NCBI GenBank assembly: GCA_002269645.1
Contig: NIVC01002069.1
Span: forward strand, 62,001-126,000
Origin: Macrostomum lignano
Lineage: Eukaryota
Reading direction: 5' to 3'
DNA: 64,000 bases
Below, piece after piece: positions 1 to 13,167 of this stretch; position 1 is the stretch's first letter, and every line of letters begins with the position of its first letter. The position numbers and the translations under genes were made by a program. A model generated the notes under the pieces. It was not told where the DNA came from. It saw only the letters and a program-made list of their open reading frames with translations, and did no database searches.

Positions 1-1634
1 CCCAGATCGTAGATCCCAGATCGTAGATCCCAGATCGTAGATCCCAGATCGTAGATCCCAGATCGTAGATCCCAGATCGTAGATCCCAGATCGTAGATCC
101 CAGATCGTAGATCCCAGATCGTAGATCCCAGATCGTAGATCCCAGATCGTAGATCCCAGATCGTAGATCCCAGATCGTAGATCCCAGATCGTAGATCCCA
201 GATCGTAGATCCCAGATCGTAGATCCCAGATCGTAGATCCCAGATCGTAGATCCCAGATCGTAGATCCCAGATCGTAGATCCCAGATCGTAGATCCCAGA
301 TCGTAGATCCCAGATCGTAGATCCCAGATCGTAGATCCCAGATCGTAGATCCCAGATCGTAGATCCCAGATCGTAGATCCCAGATCGTAGATCCCAGATC
401 GTAGATCCCAGATCGTAGATCCCAGATCGTAGATCCCAGATCGTAGATCCCAGATCGTAGATCCCAGATCGTAGATCCCAGATCGTAGATCCCAGATCGT
501 AGATCCCAGATCGTAGATCCCAGATCGTAGATCCCAGATCGTAGATCCCAGATCGTAGATCCCAGATCGTAGATCCCAGATCGTAGATCCCAGATCGTAG
601 ATCCCAGATCGTAGATCCCAGATCGTAGATCCCAGATCGTAGATCCCAGATCGTAGATCCCAGATCGTAGATCCCAGATCGTAGATCCCAGATCGTAGAT
701 CCCAGATCGTAGATCCCAGATCGTAGATCCCAGATCGTAGATCCCAGATCGTAGATCCCAGATCGTAGATCCCAGATCGTAGATCCCAGATCGTAGATCC
801 CAGATCGTAGATCCCAGATCGTAGATCCCAGATCGTAGATCCCAGATCGTAGATCCCAGATCGTAGATCCCAGATCGTAGATCCCAGATCGTAGATCCCA
901 GATCGTAGATCCCAGATCGTAGATCCCAGATCGTAGATCCCAGATCGTAGATCCCAGATCGTAGATCCCAGATCGTAGATCCCAGATCGTAGATCCCAGA
1001 TCGTAGATCCCAGATCGTAGATCCCAGATCGTAGATCCCAGATCCTTGATCCCAGATCCTTGATCCCAGATCCTTGATCCCAGATCCTTGATCCCAGATC
1101 CTTGATCCCAGATCCTTGATCCCAGATCCTTGATCCCAGATCCTTGATCCCAGATCCTTGATCCCAGATCCTTGATCCCAGATCCTTGATCCCAGATCCT
1201 TGATCCCAGATCCTTGATCCCAGATCCTTGATCCCAGATCCTTGATCCCAGATCCTTGATCCCAGATCCTTGATCCCAGATCCTTGATCCCAGATCCTTG
1301 ATCCCAGATCCTTGATCCCAGATCCTTGATCCCAGATCCTTGATCCCAGATCCTTGATCCCAGATCCTTGATCCCAGATCCTTGATCCCAGATCCTTGAT
1401 CCCAGATCCTTGATCCCAGATCCTTGATCCCAGATCCTTGATCCCAGATCCTTGATCCCAGATCCTTGATCCCAGATCCTTGATCCCAGATCCTTGATCC
1501 CAGATCCTTGATCCCAGATCCTTGATCCCAGATCCTTGATCCCAGATCCTTGATCCCAGATCCTTGATCCCAGATCCTTGATCCCAGATCCTTGATCCCA
1601 TGATCCTTGATCCCAGATCCTTGATCCCAGATCC
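1..1634. repeat. 14-bp tandem satellite in two homogeneous blocks: (CCCAGATCGTAGAT)n 1-1036, then (CCCAGATCCTTGAT)n 1037-1634
   Basis: Read directly. Each unit is two GATC-containing 7-mers. The array runs off the left edge of the window. Confidence 0.98.
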
Positions 1635-2499
1635 TGTGATTCGGGGCCCCATCCTCAGAGGGGCAGGGCCAGGATTATGACAACAGCTGTGTTCGGGGCC
1701 AAGACCTGTCTGTGTTAGTGGAAGAGTACATGGAGAAGTTGGTAGAAATCAACTACCGGCCGGTATCCAATCCTGAGGCTAGGCCCATCAACTCTCGTTT
1801 GGAGGCTTCGTGGATTTAATTATTGTTAAAAATATGATGTGCAAACGTAAAGAAGTGATTGATAGCTATAAAATTGTTGCTAAAATTAGCAAAAAGGAAT
1901 CTTTATTTGATTTGTAGTCTTTGAGATAGAATAAACTACAGTACCATATGACTACTGTAGAAAATATTTACCGTTTCTTGTGAATTTTCAGACTCGAGTC
2001 GATTTTCCTAGAATTACATCTATGCAATAGTATTAAGTTACGAAAAACAAAAAGTCCATAAAAACAATGAAAAATGTTTTTTCATGATAGACAGACTATA
2101 GACCAGAAAGAACTAGATTTTTTAGAGAAGTATGACTGTATTTGACATAATTGATCACAGTAAAACTCAATAATTAACATATATTTTTGTTTCAACCTCG
2201 TTCCTAGTTATTCATTCAAATACATGATTAAATACAATCGCCTCGTTTGGGTATTGACGTCTATTTTTAACTTGTTGATTAAAACTGAATTATTAAAAAA
2301 ATTAAACTTTCGTGTAAATACAATTTCAGAGACCTTTATATAAAGTAATCTTAAAGTCCTGCAGACTTGATTAAAATAAGCTTAGGTTAAAATAGGCTAT
2401 TAGGCTAGTTACATGTAACTTTTTATAAGTACTACATGTGTACTTTGCAAAGGCGTTCGACTCGGTGCTCAGGCTTGCGATCGCGTGTGCAGTGGGTAA

Positions 2500-3083
2500 C
2501 GTTGCTGTCCTACGGCGTTCGCCCTCCCTGGTAGCTGCGGTTGTGGTGCTGTACAGTGATTTCTGGGCGGTTGTCCAGACTAGCGACGGCCCGACCGAGA
2601 AATTCAGCACAACCTCCGGCGCCCTGCAGGGAGACACGCTGGCTCCCCTTGCTTTTCATCATTGTCGTAGATTTACGCGCCTTCCTTCAAGAGGATGCCA
2701 GCTACATGCTGGTCCCATGCCGAAGCTCCCGACATCTTGCTGGTGCGCTACGCGGGGCTCCACCAAGAGACAGGGGTGCGTGCTCTCGCGTATGCTGATG
2801 ACACATATCGCGCTTCTCTGTCGCGACCCAGCTGCTGTCCATGAACGCCCTCTTTTCCGGCTCTGTGATGAGGGCACCCGTGGGTGCAGCTGGTGGTCAA
2901 CGCGCGCGAGACAGATCGAAGTGATGCACTTGGGCACTGAGGCACTGACACCGTCCAGGCACTTGCGCTGCCCCCATGCAACGGAGATGTCATCGCCGTG
3001 TGCGAGGATTTCTGGTAGCTCGGATCGCTAGCTAGCAACGAGTCCGGTCTTCATTTATTGTCTCCGACGGAAGGAATCAGGCC
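2500..3083 (+). pseudogene. Degenerate non-LTR retrotransposon (RTE/L2-like) reverse transcriptase fragment
   Basis: Frameshifted motifs: GPTEKFSTTSGALQGDTLAP / LFIIVVD, LAYADD (tat gct gat gac at ~2791), IALL, and DFW*LGS (YLGS-like) at ~3006. Confidence 0.85.
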
Positions 3084-3966
3084 AAGGACCACAGAAGTTA
3101 CCGTTGTATCGATACATTATATCGCTATGTTGTAGTGCTATTAAAGTTTTATGCTTTATCCTAATCGCTGACACCAAGTTGTTGTAGGCCTCTTTACTAT
3201 TATTGTATTTTATCCCACCTTGCCACCAAGTTGTTGCAGGGGACTTCTATTATTCTCTAAATTCCACCGCAATCACCAAGTTGTACAAGGGTAAAACTTG
3301 CTATAATTCTAGAATTCCACAAAATTAGCTATTAGATTCGTTATAAACTACTAAAATACGGTGTCACGGAGTTGAGATTATGGGCTTTCACGTAAGCACG
3401 GATTGCCCTGGTAGCTCGCAGTGCCCGAGTGGCAAGACACTGTTTAGCAAAAATGGGGGGGGGTGACTAAGTCCTAAAGCAGCGCCCTCCAATGGATCGA
3501 GGTTGCCCGGTAAATTTCAATTTCCTCTTACGGATTTGCTCTTGTCATATACGACTTCTCATTGGTTTGTTCAGTTCGAACAGTTTATTGGGATATTTCT
3601 CCCCTTTCTATTGACTGGTTACGCCTCTGCTCTTTGCGAGTCCGCTATTGGCTCTTAGACTATTCGACGTCTCCTGCTTTTGGTAATTTCTACCTCTTGT
3701 CCAGTGAGCATTCGCTCTCAGCTTTTAGCAAATAAGGAAAGACTTTGAAAGATTCTTCAAATTTTTGTTAGGCAAATCGCCTATAAACCAAGGATCGACA
3801 GAGGAAAACTCGGTTGCCTCTCTGGGCGCAAAACTTGCTTCTATTTATATGAAAATTGGGGTGGGGGACGAGGTGCATTTAAACAAAATAATTCTACAAG
3901 CTACGCGTTTCCATAGTAAAGGCGGAAATTCAAACTAGGCCTATCTCAGCTACATCTACCAGAATC

Positions 3967-4340
3967 AATCAGGCCTGGCGCGCACCTGCTCAGGACAGCC
4001 TGAGGTGCGCCTCTTCAAGTCGGCGCGGCCGTGGAGCCGATCCTCCTGTACGACATGGAAGCGGTGCCGATTACCGACACACGGGAGCGAGCCCTGGACG
4101 CGCTCTACAGCTAGGTCTCCTGCCCTGCTGCGCTACGCTCTGGGCGTGCACTTAAACCCGAGGTTGCGGCCGCCTCCAGAGACCTGATAGCCCATGCACG
4201 CCGGCGTTCCAGACAATCGTCCCACCATGCGCCGTCGCCGCCAGAGATGTTGCTGGGTCACTGCCTCCGGAGTCACAGCCGCGGCGACCGAAAGTCTGGC
4301 CGTAAGCGCTGGCCCGCTGCATGCCTCCTGCTGCATCACC
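3967..4340 (+). pseudogene. C-terminal continuation of the same LINE relic
   Basis: Frameshifted NQAWRA...VRLFKSA..AVEPILLYDMEAVP...ALDALYS..LLRYALGVH, typical of the RTE-like RT thumb/C-terminal region. Confidence 0.75.
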
Positions 4341-4343
4341 CTA

Positions 4344-4523
4344 TAGTTGACAATCTTATGAATCGTCTGACAAGATCTGACGATGACTTACAAAATCTTG
4401 GAAGATCTTATCAGATCTGCGAAGAAACTTCAAGTCAGATCTTATACTTTATTAGGAAAAAGTATTAGAATTTTCAAGTAAGATCTGTCAAGTTTGCTAT
4501 CAAGTCGATCATATTGTCAACTA
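4344..4523. mobile_element. Possible small MITE (TA-flanked, short TIR GTTGACAAT)
   Basis: TAGTTGACAAT at 4344-4354 and ATTGTCAACTA at 4513-4523 are inverted repeats. The TIR is short and seen in one copy only. Confidence 0.35.
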
Positions 4524-5349
4524 GGGCAGCCCAACCGAGCAGGATTGCGCGATGGCCTAGGATAAACCAAGTACCAATAGTTACTTCAGTGGTGCCTGGG
4601 GCGAACTGCAGTGACGCTGACTGACTGTTTTGTCTGACTGACTAGCTGGCTTGCAGGCGCTGGGTCTCAGCCCAGACCGCAGCCGTTTGCCCCTGAAAAC
4701 ACTCAGGACACTCACGCAAAAAGTAGCGCATGCGGTTTTGTATTTTAACTTTTTCGTCTTGCAAAATCGGACGTTGTCTCGCCAGATCAGACGAAAGGAC
4801 TCACTGCATATTCTAATAATAAATCAGTTTCTCTATATAACTTTTTCTATTTGGACTAACATTTGTTATAAATTGTGTAGGTTTTAAAATCTGGTCTTTG
4901 GCTAAGTCAATTTTAGCAGCGTTTTTTTTCGTTTCGCCCAATATTGTCAATGCAACAAACACATTTTGTTAGCCTTTGTTTCGTCTCTGGTTAACCTTTT
5001 AAACGGCTTTGATTTCTGCTTTCAATAATTATGTACTTGCTGCTGTTTAATGCAGTATTTAAAGTAAAGTTCTGACATTATTATTATAAAAGACAAAGTG
5101 GTGAAACTGAAGTTAAAGCAGTTGAGTATAGGCCTAAACAGAGAAATAATAGGCCCGTATATTCTCATCAGAACAATCAGAAATTATCTTGCCTTGCACT
5201 AAACTATTTACGAAGAAAATTCGTCTGAAAGCTTCATTGGTCCTAGTTGTTATTGTCCTTTTCACTTATTTTTATAGTTTACATAAATAAATTCTAGTTA
5301 TTGACTTAGAAAGTTAGGTTAGGACTTCACTTTAACTTTAAGTTTTAAC

Positions 5350-8300
5350 ATGACATCACACCTTAATAAGAAAGAAAAATCTGAGCTGTCAGAAAAATTA
5401 TTCAACAATTTTAAAGTCCCATCATGGTAAGTTTAAAGTCATAAATTCATAAGTAGACCTATATCATGATAAGTAAGGCTTACATGTTTCTAATATAATG
5501 CATTAATTTTTATAAACCCTAGTGAGTGCCTAGTATTAGGCCTATATTATAATTTTATTAATTAATAAGCCTTGAGTTTAGTTTGTAGACATGGTAAATT
5601 TTTAGTCAGGTGTACCAATAATTCTGGAGAGTCAGAGTGGTCACTTTAGCAGAGGCTATGCTATGGTTGTTCTGGGACTGCTGGGTCTGGTCGCCAGATT
5701 GGTCAGTTATTGATTGTGTGATGACCATGATAATGCTAATGCTCTGCTACCAGTTTGTCATTTATTATTTTTTTTCTAAAGAATAGGCAAATAGTGCTAC
5801 TTAAAACAAATACAAACAAACTAGGTTTTGAGATGCCAGCTTATAGCCTCCTCTGCTTCTTCTTTGGCTCTTCAGCAAATGCCTTAGTATAGGCAGTGGA
5901 CATGCAACAGAACTGGTCCTTGTCTACCCTGAGTTGGTACAGTATGCATATGCACTCCTTGGTGATTGCTCCTGATTGGGTTCTGGCCAAAGTTGTCATA
6001 TTCGAGATTGTCATCTGCGGCTTATAAGAAAAACAACTAAATCATCTAAATTGTCATCATCTCAGTATTGGACAATGCTGCATTCACTAAATTGTCATAT
6101 AGTGAGTTGCATTAGCTGCGCAAGGATCTTAGCTCATGGCGGCAGCGTGTTCTTGCTTGCCAACAAATTAAAACAATTTATAATGAATAGGCCTAACTTT
6201 AGGCTAATATAACTTTAAACTCGCGTTCCTTGCTACTGCAGTCAGTTCTCTTTGCATAAACTAGTTTTGATATTCGTCATCTCTCTATTGTTTATTATAT
6301 ATTAGTCTCAGTAGTCATGCAGCAATCAGCATTAATTGACATAGTTAATATAAAAATTACGGGTGCATGCAAGGGATTTTTGCCTGATTCAGCCTGAAAG
6401 TAGGAATATCCTAAATTAATACACCCTTGCCTTTGGTCAAAGTCATCATATTTAAATGTTTAAGTCTTCCAGATTCGTTTAAGTCGTCATCATCATATGA
6501 CGATTTTGAATATGACAATTTTGGCTGCACCCCCTGATTGGCCCTCTGGGATGTCATTCCATATAATTATGGTCGTAACATGACAGGCTATTTTTACTTA
6601 TAAAATGAAATATAATAATAGAATATACTAAACCAATATTTCGAATAAAGGATTATTTTGTCAAGAATGCATTTATATAGTTTCATATAGATATCATCAT
6701 TAGTATAGATGCTATTAAACCTTGAATGGCACTTATGGTTGTAACAACAGGATTTTTGATATATAGAAACTAAAAGGTAAAAGTCTAAAAGGTAAATTTT
6801 TCATTTTTGATATTTTGCAATACATTTTTTTATTTGACTAAGAACATCTCCAGAAATCATAATCTTTTATTAGAATATATAAACTCATAAAGGCAACAAA
6901 GATACAAAATAAAAGGCAGCATTATGGTCGTAACATTATGGTCATAACATATTTTTTACTGTCAATTCAGTAACTTTGAGGTACCAATGTATTTAAAATA
7001 TAATTGATTATATAGTCACTAATGTCTTTATCCGATTATGCAAGTATAATTTATAGTATAATTATAGTATGCAACTATAATTTTATCTATAGTTTGTTTC
7101 AACCTTCCTAAGCTTTCCTTTTGTTTTTAAAAGGTACACAAACTTAATGATATCTTTTGCTTAGAAAAATGTCCAAATTTTTACAAAAATGACTTTTTGC
7201 TAATTTATAACTTACTAATCCAACATTTTCCCATTCATTTATTCTTGCACTGTATATATTACAAATTTAAAACATTTGGCAAAAAATGGCTGATAAGGCA
7301 ATGGCAAGCAAAAATATTGACTTTTTTCTATTTTCCAAATATGTCCATCTTATCTAGAATGAGCCTTAATATTGTAATTCATCCTATGCAATTACTAATT
7401 AGCTATAGAGCTTTACTCTTACTATAAAGGGGAGGTACCTTGTATACTCCTGAATTTAATTACTTAGATTCTCTTAAACATACAGAATTATCCTAGTAGC
7501 ATATAGTGCCAAGTGACAAAACATTGTTTTAGCTAGTTTTATTCTTAAGTGACATTCCTAATGAATTGAGGTTGCTAGGTATTTTCTTTTTCCAGTGTCT
7601 AGATTAGCTAGTTGTCTAATTCTGATTTCTTATTGGTAGACTTAGTTCAAAAAGGGCTAATTAGGAAATTTCTCCTTCTATACTTGGCAAATAATGCCTT
7701 TTCCTTCTTGCTATTTTGCAATTGGCCATTAGACTATTCATCTGCATGAGTTAGTGACTAGTGATTCTACTCACTAAATAAGTATTTGCTTCAAATTTAG
7801 GCATTTTTTATTAAAAAGTGAATCAAAGCAAGCCAATATAAAGAACAAAAATTTGCCATATTTATTTTCACAAAATGGGGATAGGGTGCAGCATATTTAA
7901 ACAAATCAAGTGTTTATAAGAATTTTTTGTTCCTATAGAGTTAGACAAAATTTGAAAGGGGTTGCCTCTATCAAATATGCTTGTATTAGTAAAGTTAAAA
8001 TTTTGGATTTTTTATTATTTAATTTTTTAGAACTTCTTAACATAGATATCTTGACACTTCATTTGCGAAACTTAGTCAAGTAATTAAAAATTTATAATAT
8101 TTTTAGTGTCTTGCTTTTTAAAATTTTTTGTTAGCTTTTAAATTGACATAATATATTTTCTATACATAAATACCAACTTCAGTGAAGGTCCCATGAGTTG
8201 CCAATATATATCCAGAATTTTTTTAGTATAAATAGGTTTTTTGCAAATGAAAAACACAGTTTGTAGATGAGAGGAAAGATGTGTGAAAATATAAGATGAG

Positions 8301-11008
8301 AAAGGTGATAGGAAAGAATGGAGAAAAAGAGAAGATAGATAAAATGAGAGATGAAATGAAAGAAAAGATGAGAAAGAAAATGGAAGGAAAAGGGAAGCAG
8401 AGAAACAAGAGAACAAGGAGAAGACCAAGAGAAAAAGGGAGAAAGAAGGTTTATAAGAGCTAAGAGCTAACCTTGAGCAGGCTAGATTGCCAATTTGAAG
8501 TTCAACTGTTCAAAGGACCTAAGGGCCAGATGGAGAGGCATCATGGGCCACATGTAGACCACAGGCTAAAGTTTACTGACCCCTGGTATACAGGATTAGC
8601 AATTTAAGATTGCTTTACTTTTGAAGGTAATTTTTATGCATTTTTTGTCATTTAGGCTATCTTCCTAAGTCTTTAGCAAAAGTTTCAGGAAGATCTAAAG
8701 TTTTAAGCATGTTATAATTGACTCAAAATTTAACAAGTCCATTTTTGAAGTATAGGGATAAGAATAAAAAGTATAAAAATATTAACATTTACATGCTATC
8801 ATTGAAACCTAAGCAATAGTTTGAATTTATTATCTTCATTTTTAGGTCAAAATTTTAAATATGGAATAAAAGATTATAATTGTTTGCCTTATTTTTGTAG
8901 TTATAAATGTATCCACTTTTTAGAAAAAGTTTTAGGTTAGTAATTTTTATCAAAGTTTTCTTTGAATTAATATCTTTTAGAGATTTCATACATTGTAAAA
9001 AGATTGTAAGAGAAAGCATATATATTGTATCCAGAGATAAACTATGCTGCACAATTGCTCCAGAAACATGTCACATCAGCTGGGTAAAATTCAGGATTTT
9101 GGCATGTATTGATTGCCCTCTTATGCCAGAAGGATGCATTTATTCAATTATATACAAATTATTCAAGCTTTTTAACAACATTTTTAAATTACCAAACAAG
9201 ATATTAAGTAGTCACGTGCTAATCTAACCTGTTGTTACCAACTAATTTGCAACAGGGCTGGCAGGCCGCAGATGGGTCTCCATCTGGACGTACTAAAAGA
9301 AGGCAAACTAGTACAGAAGCTAATGATCGACGAGAAGAAGTGTTATTTCTTTGGCCGCAATAGGCAGCTGTGCGATTTCCCAGTTGAGCACGAGTCCTGC
9401 TCTCGCGTTCATGCCGCGTTAGTTTGGCACAAATTCGTGTCCCGGCCATTCTTGATTGATCTGGGCAGTACGCACGGTACTTTTATTGGTACTTTTAGAT
9501 TAGAGCCGCACAAGCCGCAACAGGTGCCAATTGATTCCGAAATACATTTCGGCGCCTCTAGTCGGGTGCATATTATCAGGGAGAAGCCGCAGCATCGTCA
9601 GCGATATCTTGAAGGCGGCGAGGGTGAACAGGGTGCCGATCAAGATGGCGTCAGCGGTAATGGTACCAGCGGCGGTGCTGGTAGCGGCGGCATCAGCAGC
9701 AGTTACGGCGGTGGCGGACGCGAGGGCAATTATTTGGGATTGCCACAGACTGAATCTGAATTGGATAATCTTACCGAATTTAATACGGCTCAGAATCGTC
9801 GGATAGCCTCTGTTGTGGCCGCGTCTGTGACTGCCGCTGCTCAGAATCAGGATCCAGATTCTGTTGATGAAATGGGGGTAAGAATGTTTTATTATCTGTT
9901 TTTCATACGGTTAGCAACGTGTGAAGCATTCGTTTTGTGATAAAGATCAGTTTTAGTCTAAGTTTCGTATTTTCTGTAATTCATGCTTTATTTGAAGTTT
10001 TAATCATTTTTTAGCTATCGGGAATCATGAGATTTCAAGGCTTCTATTAATTGACAATGGGCAGACATATTCTAGCTCAGACAATGAGAGAGAAGTAAGG
10101 AGAGAAGTTAATTGTCAAATGGACAGACATATTCTAGCTCAGCCAATGGGAGAGCAGTAAGGAGAGAAGTCAAGTTAGTCGGACGAAACTCAGTCTAAGG
10201 AGGGGCAGGTACAATCCAGCCCAGCCAATAAGAGAGCGACTTGGTATTTTAATTGATTTTAAATTTCTTTTATCAAACTCAGTTTAGGAAGAGTACGTAA
10301 AATCTTGCCCAGCCAATGAGAGAGCGACTTGGTGTTTTAATTGATTTTTAAATTTCTTTTTTATGTTCCTAGGCGATAGCCAATTCGCGCAAGCGTCGCC
10401 GCGGCCGTTGCATCACATTTGCCGACGAAGATGACGTCATCAATCCGGAGGACGTCGATCCGACAGTTGGCCGGTTTCGCAATCTGGTTTACGAAACTTT
10501 CATTCCGAATAGTGGCAAAAAAACCAAGTTTGCTGTTGGCAGTCAGGATGATTCACACGGCCACAATCAGTTGCATTATCACCAACAGAGTCATTCCGCT
10601 GATGAAGATTCAATAGCGACAAATGCTACCTCCGCGTCATCTGGTATTGGCGGCGATTCTTTGTCAGCTTCGGCTCTGAGTTTGGGCGCGTTTAGCGCCG
10701 CTGCTAAGCTGGGCTTGGCGCTGCCAAATCTCACGCCGGATGTAGATGTGGAACCACCGCCAGTGGCGTCAACGACAGCGTCTGTGGCGACTTCGTCTGC
10801 AGTTCCTGTTATTAATAATAATACTGCGCCAAATGCTGGTAAAACGGCGGGATCGCCGGCTGTTGTGGCTGCTGGCAGCGATGAGGCTCATGAAGCTGGA
10901 ACAGCGGCAGCCTCAAGCGCTGGAGAAGCTTTGGACACGCCTAGAAAGAAGAAATACGCTAAGGAGGCTTGGCCAGGAAAGAAGCCAGGATTTCTAGCGT
11001 CTGGTTAA
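5350..11008 (+). CDS. PPP1R8: Nuclear inhibitor of protein phosphatase 1 (NIPP1), 444 aa; exons 5350-5426, 9256-9877, 10373-11008
   Basis: FHA domain (GLHLDVLKEGK...CSRVHAALVWH...DLGSTHGTF), LGLPQTESELDNLTEFNTAQNRRI, RVxF-type RCITF followed by INPEDVDPTVGRFRNL, and C-terminal KKKYAKEAWPGKKP. Exon 1 ends ...FKVPS-TG|GTAAG and joins phase 2 to G-GCT, giving WAGRP. The total of 1335 nt is in frame. Confidence 0.95.
5978..6532. mobile_element. Non-autonomous TIR element (MITE) in NIPP1 intron 1
   Basis: ~40-bp imperfect TIRs (GGGTTCTGGCCAAAGTTGTCATATTC vs reverse complement GGGTGCAGCCAAAATTGTCATATTC). Flanked by the direct repeat CCTGATT(GG) at 5971 and 6533. Confidence 0.65.
6554..7365 (-). 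mobile_element. Kolobok-like MITE, copy 1 (left TIR eroded)
   Basis: Reverse-complement homologue of 48669-49455 along its length. The right end reads CTTATCTAGAATGAGCC|TTAA. Confidence 0.8.
8230..8585. mobile_element. hAT-like MITE remnant with purine-rich core
   Basis: Ends GTTTACTGACCCCTG (reverse complement CAGGGGTCAGTAAAC, a Charlie-like TIR). Shares GGGCC(A/G)GAT..AGAGGC..GGGCC(A/G)CATG with 51480-51584. Confidence 0.5.
10070..10330 (+). repeat. Degenerate copies of the ~80-bp CCAAT-containing repeat (NIPP1 intron 2)
   Basis: CTAGCTCAGCCAATG(A/G)GAGAGCAGTAAGGAGAGA motif, the same family as 11160-11570 and 35555-36115. Confidence 0.75.
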
Positions 11009-11159
11009 AAAAACATATGCTAGAATGTCTAGATATGCCACTTGCAATTAAACTTGTAAAACAGTAGAGCGTCTGTTCGGTGTCACTTAAATTTTAACAT
11101 TTCATTTCCCTCCTCGGGGTTCGCGGCCTCAGGAGAATATAGGTGGAGGGTTGACGCAA

Positions 11160-11660
11160 AACGGACGAAACTCAGTTTTAGGCACAGGCCCAATCTAGCT
11201 CAGAACAGCAAGGAGAGAGAGAGGTCAGAGCCAGATGGACGAAATACGGCCTAGGGGGCAGGCCCAGTTTAGCTCAGCCAATGAGAGAGCAGCAAGGAGA
11301 GAGAGGTCAGAGCCAGATGAACGAAACACAGCCTAGGGGGCAGGCCCAGTTTAGCTCAGCCAATGAGAGAGCAGCAAGGAGAGAGAGGTCAGTCAGATGG
11401 ACGAAACACAGCTAGGGGGCAGGCCTAGTTTAGCTCAGCCAATGGGAGAGCAGCAAGGAGAGAGAGAGAGGTCAGAGCCAGATGGACGAAACTCAGCCTA
11501 GGGGGCAGTCCTAATCTAGCTCAGCCAATGAGGGGGCAGTAAGGAGAGAGAGGTCAAAGTCAGATACAAGCGGGCAAAAGGAAAGCCGAACTGTTTATCG
11601 GTCTGGCTGGGGGCTGGGGCACCACCCCTTTTCTCTCTCGCACACTATGCACGCACTGGA
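11160..11660 (+). repeat. ~82-bp tandem repeat (about 5 units) plus conserved tail, part of a dispersed element
   Basis: CCAAT at 11278 and 11360 (period 82). The tail ACAAGCGGGCAAA...CTGTTTATCGG.CTGGCTGGGG also follows the 35.6-36.1 kb array. Confidence 0.85.
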
Positions 11661-12844
11661 TTTCGGTAGTTTAAGTTTTCTGCAATCTGCAGTTTTAAAT
11701 ATATTTTTAAACAATCAAATCTGAGGCAGTCTGAAGTCCGTCAAACACGATGATGTAATTTTTTATAGCTGCGCTGTCAAAAAGCCAAAGGCAATTGTTG
11801 CAGCTTTGAAATTCCAGTATGTTCACAATTTCAATTAATTTAAATTTAGACGCTAATCTTACTACTAAAAAGTTGTTTAATGCATTTCTTGCGAGTGACC
11901 TATCTAGATAGATAGCGAATATGTTTTCGGTTTATTATAGCTCGTATAAGCGTGCCGTAGTGCCATTTCAAGGAGTATAAATGTTTTTACTTGGAGTCCA
12001 AGTCAATAGAGATCTACAAACCAAAAAAAACTGGTTTACTTTTCATGCATCTGTTTCCAGTTGTACTACTTGTATATTAAAATCGATATAAAATTTTGGA
12101 AACTTTATATAATAACTCTCACTAAATGCGTAGGTTTGTTACTTTGCCTATATATCGTTAAAATTGCGTTTAAATTGCAGTCTGATAAGCAAGAATTTCG
12201 TACTCATTTATATATATAATTAGATTCATGTTTTTTCTGTCTCTAAAATTGTAACGTTAGACAAGAAAAAATTGCATTAATTCTCTCCTTGTAAATTCGT
12301 ACTGTAAACTCGTGTTCCCCTCATTGTATGGCTTTTTAGCATGCTTTCATGTTTGTTTAATATTTTCATATAGTGTAACATTATTGCTTTTACATAGCTA
12401 ATAAGTAGGGTAATGTAACGGTACGAAATATAAGATGTAAATAACCTTATACTCATTTTTCAACACTTCGACACCACTTGTAACACCTTGTAATTTTTAA
12501 TTAATAATTAATTTTAAGCATTTTGATTTAAAAATCCTCCAATTGTTTAATTCAAGTTTATCTTAAAAAACTGGGATGCCAGATTTCGAATTGTGACTCG
12601 CTATAAGTTCGGGTTCGATCGTTAGCCAGTTAGCCTTCCTCTCCCACTAGTCTTAGTACAGATAGATGTTTCTGTTAGTTATATTGTGAGAGATTTTACG
12701 ATTTTAAATCTATATATTCGTCTACTTTTCTCAGTAGTCTAGAATGAATCTCTTACAGGCGTGAGTTAAAATTTTCAAAATCAAATAAAATAGCAACCCG
12801 CCTACGCTACCATAGAGAATTTAAGTTATATCGTTTCTACAATT

Positions 12845-13104
12845 AAGACATAGTGATTAGAGCGTTGAACTCACGACTGAGAGGTCGGGGATTCGATTCT
12901 CGAGACCTTACTTGGAACAGTTTGTGTCCTTGAGCAAGGCATTGCTTCAGTTCCCCCAGTTGTAAATAGCATTAGCTAGGAGTAATTGGGGGTGTGTGTG
13001 TGTGGCCGTAGGCAGCCTTCAGACGCGCCCGCGCAATAGCTGCGGCTGAGCTGTTGGTTGCACATCTGCCCGTTTCAGCAGGTGCAATCAATTATTATTA
13101 TTAT
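12845..13104 (+). mobile_element. tRNA-derived SINE with CORE-like central domain, copy 1
   Basis: A-box-like TAGTGATTAGAGCG, B-box-like GGATTCGATTC, then GTGTCCTTGAGCAAG...GCTTCAGTTCCCCCAGTTGTAAA, a (GT)n tract and an (ATT)n tail. Homologous to 15339-15597. Confidence 0.85.
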
Positions 13105-13167
13105 CAATAGCAAGTAAGCCACCTAATTATTCTTTCCCCGCTGCAAAATATTTAGCGAATCGGGGTT

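Noticed and set aside
1-1634. Telomeric repeat or chromosome end
   Set aside because: The unit is a 14-mer unrelated to TTAGGG-type telomere repeats.
1640-1819. ~59-codon open stretch (…DLSVLVEEYMEKLVEINYRPV…) after the satellite
   Set aside because: No recognisable homology, no convincing acceptor or early ATG, and too short to support.
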